Positions 61,840-64,000 of a stretch of 64,000 nt of DNA are shown here, piece after piece; the stretch's first letter is position 1, and each line of letters starts with the position of its first letter. Source of the stretch: Anaerolineales bacterium (GTDB lineage: Bacteria > Chloroflexota > Anaerolineae > Anaerolineales > E44-bin32). A program made the translations under genes and the position numbers. Where the stretch lies: NCBI GenBank assembly GCA_041573795.1, contig JBFFQB010000001.1:18876-82875 (forward strand), given 5' to 3'. The notes beneath the pieces are model-generated. The model ran no database searches and was not told the origin of the DNA. It saw only the letters and a list, made by a program, of their open reading frames with translations.

Positions 61840-63135
61840 TTATGAGCCTACCCCCAGGCGCTGCAGTTGAGATAAGGCTGGATCCCAATCCGGATGCCAC
61901 TTCAACGCACGGTTGAAATCGGCGATAGCACCGTCCAGGTCGCCCAGGGCCTCCTTGGCCAGGCCGCGCCAATAGAAACTTTCCTCCACGGCAGGTTCAC
62001 TCATATTTTCGATGGTGAAATTTGCCAGGTTCAAGACGTCATAATAGCGGCCAGTGAAATAGTAGGCGAAATATGGCCCGGTCTGATACCAGAGGATGCG
62101 CCAGGGTCTCCGATCGGGATCGTTAATTGCCATTTGTGCGTCGATCTTGAAGGCCTCATCATAAGCAAGCGCGGCGCCGCCATAATCCTGCAGGCGCATC
62201 AGGTTCGTGCCGCGATTAAACCAGGCGAAGAATAAATCGCGGTCGGTTAGTTGAAAGATCTCAGTCGAGGCCAGATCAGCTGCATATTCATAGCTCTGCG
62301 TCTCATCGGCCAACGGCCCAAGTAATGTGCGTACTTCCGCTTCACGCTCACTGGGGTAAGTGATGATGAAGGTGTAGTTGAAGTGGCGCCAGTAGCTCAT
62401 CAGATCCAAATAGCTAAGAGGTAAATCAGCCATAATGTAGGAATCCTGAACGATCACCTGCTGCTTGAGGTCATCATAGCCCGTGACTACCTCATAATGT
62501 CCCATCCAGCCCTCGAAGCCAGGGCCCTCAAAGCCTTTCTCAACTATCACCGGGAACCCGGCGGCGAGGAAACGCTTGATCAAGTCAAGATCACCTCCCG
62601 AGCGAACGATGGCCTTCAGCGCGGTCCCTTCTTCGACAAAGGAGGCCAATTCATAGGGCATGACGTTCTTGTCGCGCGGGTTGGGTTTCACGAAGTCAGC
62701 TATCGGAACTTGATTCCCATCCCAGCCCCAGAAAGACAGCGCCATCGATAAATTAGCGGGCCCGCAATTATTCCACTTCTGATATTCGTGACGAGTTCCA
62801 TCGAGCTGGACGCTGCCTGGAAGCGGGGTCGGTTCTATCGTAGCCGTAGGCGTTGGTGTGGCAGTGGACTTGGGTCCCTCAGTAGAGATGAGCGTAGCTG
62901 TAGGCGTGAAGGCATCCAGGGTGCTCTGCACCATGGCGGCCAAGGTTGGGTTGGGTGTGAAGGCCGCTTCACCCGGGGGTGAGATCGCATACTTAATGTC
63001 TGCCCGCAGTTGGGAGATGCGCCAGCCAAATCTCTCTTGAAAGGCAGGCAGATTAAACACCGCAATTGCGGCGAGGGTGACTGCCGCCAGAATAGCAAGA
63101 GCCGTAAGGATGCGATTTGACCTGCTGGAAAGCAT
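61840..63135 (-). CDS. membrane-anchored peptidase-C39-like domain + TPR repeat protein
   Basis: 431 aa. N-terminal TM, PT-rich linker, YQKWNNCGPANLSMALSFWGW (C39-like Cys), C-terminal TPR-like repeats (YYFTGRYYDVL, FYWRGLAKEALGDLDGAIADFNRAL). Confidence 0.78.
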   Translation of the reverse strand: MLSSRSNRILTALAILAAVTLAAIAVFNLPAFQERFGWRISQLRADIKYAISPPGEAAFTPNPTLAAMVQSTLDAFTPTATLISTEGPKSTATPTPTATIEPTPLPGSVQLDGTRHEYQKWNNCGPANLSMALSFWGWDGNQVPIADFVKPNPRDKNVMPYELASFVEEGTALKAIVRSGGDLDLIKRFLAAGFPVIVEKGFEGPGFEGWMGHYEVVTGYDDLKQQVIVQDSYIMADLPLSYLDLMSYWRHFNYTFIITYPSEREAEVRTLLGPLADETQSYEYAADLASTEIFQLTDRDLFFAWFNRGTNLMRLQDYGGAALAYDEAFKIDAQMAINDPDRRPWRILWYQTGPYFAYYFTGRYYDVLNLANFTIENMSEPAVEESFYWRGLAKEALGDLDGAIADFNRALKWHPDWDPALSQLQRLGVGS

Positions 63136-63359
63136 GGCGGGATTATATCCGATGGCGGGGGCAAGCGCCCCGGGCTTCTTCCCTCTGGTTGTAGCGATTG
63201 ATACGTTTTACAATATAGCGACAATATGTATCCAATTTAGCTCATTGGGGGATCGCAAAAAGACACAGGACATTTGAAAGTCTTATAAAGCGAAGAAGAG
63301 CAATCCTCCTTGGTTGGCGACTGCCTGCGTTTGATCAAACAACGCAAGAGAGGCGAATC

Positions 63360-64000
63360 ATGACAGATTCTAAGCAGCACACAGAGACTAGCAGCCTCAA
63401 GATTATGGGTGATTCTCCTGATCGGCCAACCATCCTGGCGTTTATTTTGTTGGTCTTCCTTATTGGTACGAACTTCATTGCAGTGCGTTTCAGCAACAGG
63501 GAGCTTCCACCTTTCTGGGGTGCTGGGATGCGTTTCGCTGCAGCGGGTTTGCTTTTTCTCCTCTTCACACTGATCAGGCGCCATCCGCTCCCGGCTGGGC
63601 GGGGTTTAGCTGGCGCATTGACCTACGGAGCAATGCAATTTGGGCTTGGGTATGCGTTGATGTACTGGGCGCTACTCGAAGTCCCCGCCGGGTTGACATC
63701 GGTGATCCTCGCTATCGTCCCGTTGTTCACATTGCTCTTCGCCGGCCTGGCCCGGATTGAGACGATCACCTTGCGTGGTGTCCTGGGCTCCCTGATCGCC
63801 CTGGCCGGCATCGCTGTGATCTATGGGGCGAGGAGCAGTGGCACGATCGCGGCAGGCTACTTGGTTGCCGTCGTGGCTGCGGCGGCCTGTTTTGCGCTGG
63901 GGGGCGTGATTGTCAAATTAACCCCCTCTGTTCATCCCTCCTCGATGAATGCCCTGGGGATGCTCACCGGCGCGTCAGTGCTGATCCTGCTTTCATTCCT
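63360..64000 (+). CDS. EamA/DMT-family transporter (partial, runs off the right edge)
   Basis: Own translation from ATG 63360: MTDSKQHTETSSLKIMGDSPDRPTILAFILLVFLIGTNFIAVRFSNRELPPFWGAGMRFAAAGLLFLLF...GLGYALMYWALLEVPAGLTSVILAIVPLFTLLFA... Absent from the ORF track because no stop lies in the window. Confidence 0.75.
   Translation, partial: MTDSKQHTETSSLKIMGDSPDRPTILAFILLVFLIGTNFIAVRFSNRELPPFWGAGMRFAAAGLLFLLFTLIRRHPLPAGRGLAGALTYGAMQFGLGYALMYWALLEVPAGLTSVILAIVPLFTLLFAGLARIETITLRGVLGSLIALAGIAVIYGARSSGTIAAGYLVAVVAAAACFALGGVIVKLTPSVHPSSMNALGMLTGASVLILLSF

Noticed and set aside
1-64000. Search by eye for CRISPR arrays, tRNA/rRNA genes, transposases, integrases, phage genes, toxin-antitoxin pairs or known defence-system genes
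   Set aside because: None found. There is no repeat-spacer periodicity, no cloverleaf-like conserved tRNA arms in the intergenic regions and no recombinase-like ORFs. The glycan locus therefore does not look like a recently acquired island on these criteria, though compositional analysis was not computed.

Overview
This is a dense chromosomal bacterial window that looks moderately GC-rich by eye. Gene content and PT-rich anchored exoproteins hint at a Chloroflexota/Anaerolineae-like organism, but that guess is low confidence. I support about 57 protein genes. I found no rRNA, tRNA, CRISPR array, transposase or integrase. Layout, left to right: (1) 1-3531, minus strand: IDH-family gene (partial), receiver-only response regulator, small membrane protein, M32 carboxypeptidase, RpiB. 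(2) 3682-23609, plus strand: a long, largely translationally coupled glycan-biosynthesis locus. It holds a WecC/WecB-like pair, an LbH acetyltransferase, four GT4 glycosyltransferases, two hypotheticals, a stand-alone formyltransferase, a bi-domain MDR+Gfo/Idh/MocA oxidoreductase, a heparinase II/III-like protein and a PglC-size phosphoglycosyl transferase. A tiny stand-alone gene follows, then a PDH-type E1 alpha/beta pair, a lipoyl-domain/PSBD-like/PglD-type acyltransferase chimera and a DegT aminotransferase. (3) 23869-27813: ATPase, double-FtsX permease, ATPase. (4) 27897-31583, minus strand: PT-rich anchored protein, parvulin PPIase, RNase J, cold-shock protein. (5) 31687-36412: promoter, cobalamin riboswitch with a terminator/antiterminator platform, btuFCD-like transporter, HD phosphohydrolase, SurE. 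(6) 36449-38380, minus strand: response regulator and RlmD-type methyltransferase. (7) 38746-42952: a LiaX/YvlB-type envelope-stress-like operon (DUF2089 regulator, GGD-repeat beta-helix protein, GNAT, two paralogous small proteins, DUF360 holin-like protein). (8) 43261-48512: GAF-PAS histidine kinase, MBL-like protein, asparaginase-II family, RsmG. (9) RecF, Def, a cNMP-binding/bPH membrane protein, FtsK. (10) BMP-family nucleoside ABC transporter. (11) MurJ, C39-like/TPR protein, EamA transporter (partial). The most interesting candidate for an undescribed system is the E1alpha/E1beta + lipoyl-arm-PglD chimera + aminotransferase module (19274-23609). It suggests swinging-arm delivery of a 2-oxoacid-derived acyl group to an amino sugar. 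Second is the Lia/Yvl-like operon, which has a helix motif recurring in four adjacent proteins. A recurring TA(C/T)AAT box 6-9 nt upstream of several start codons suggests leaderless transcripts.
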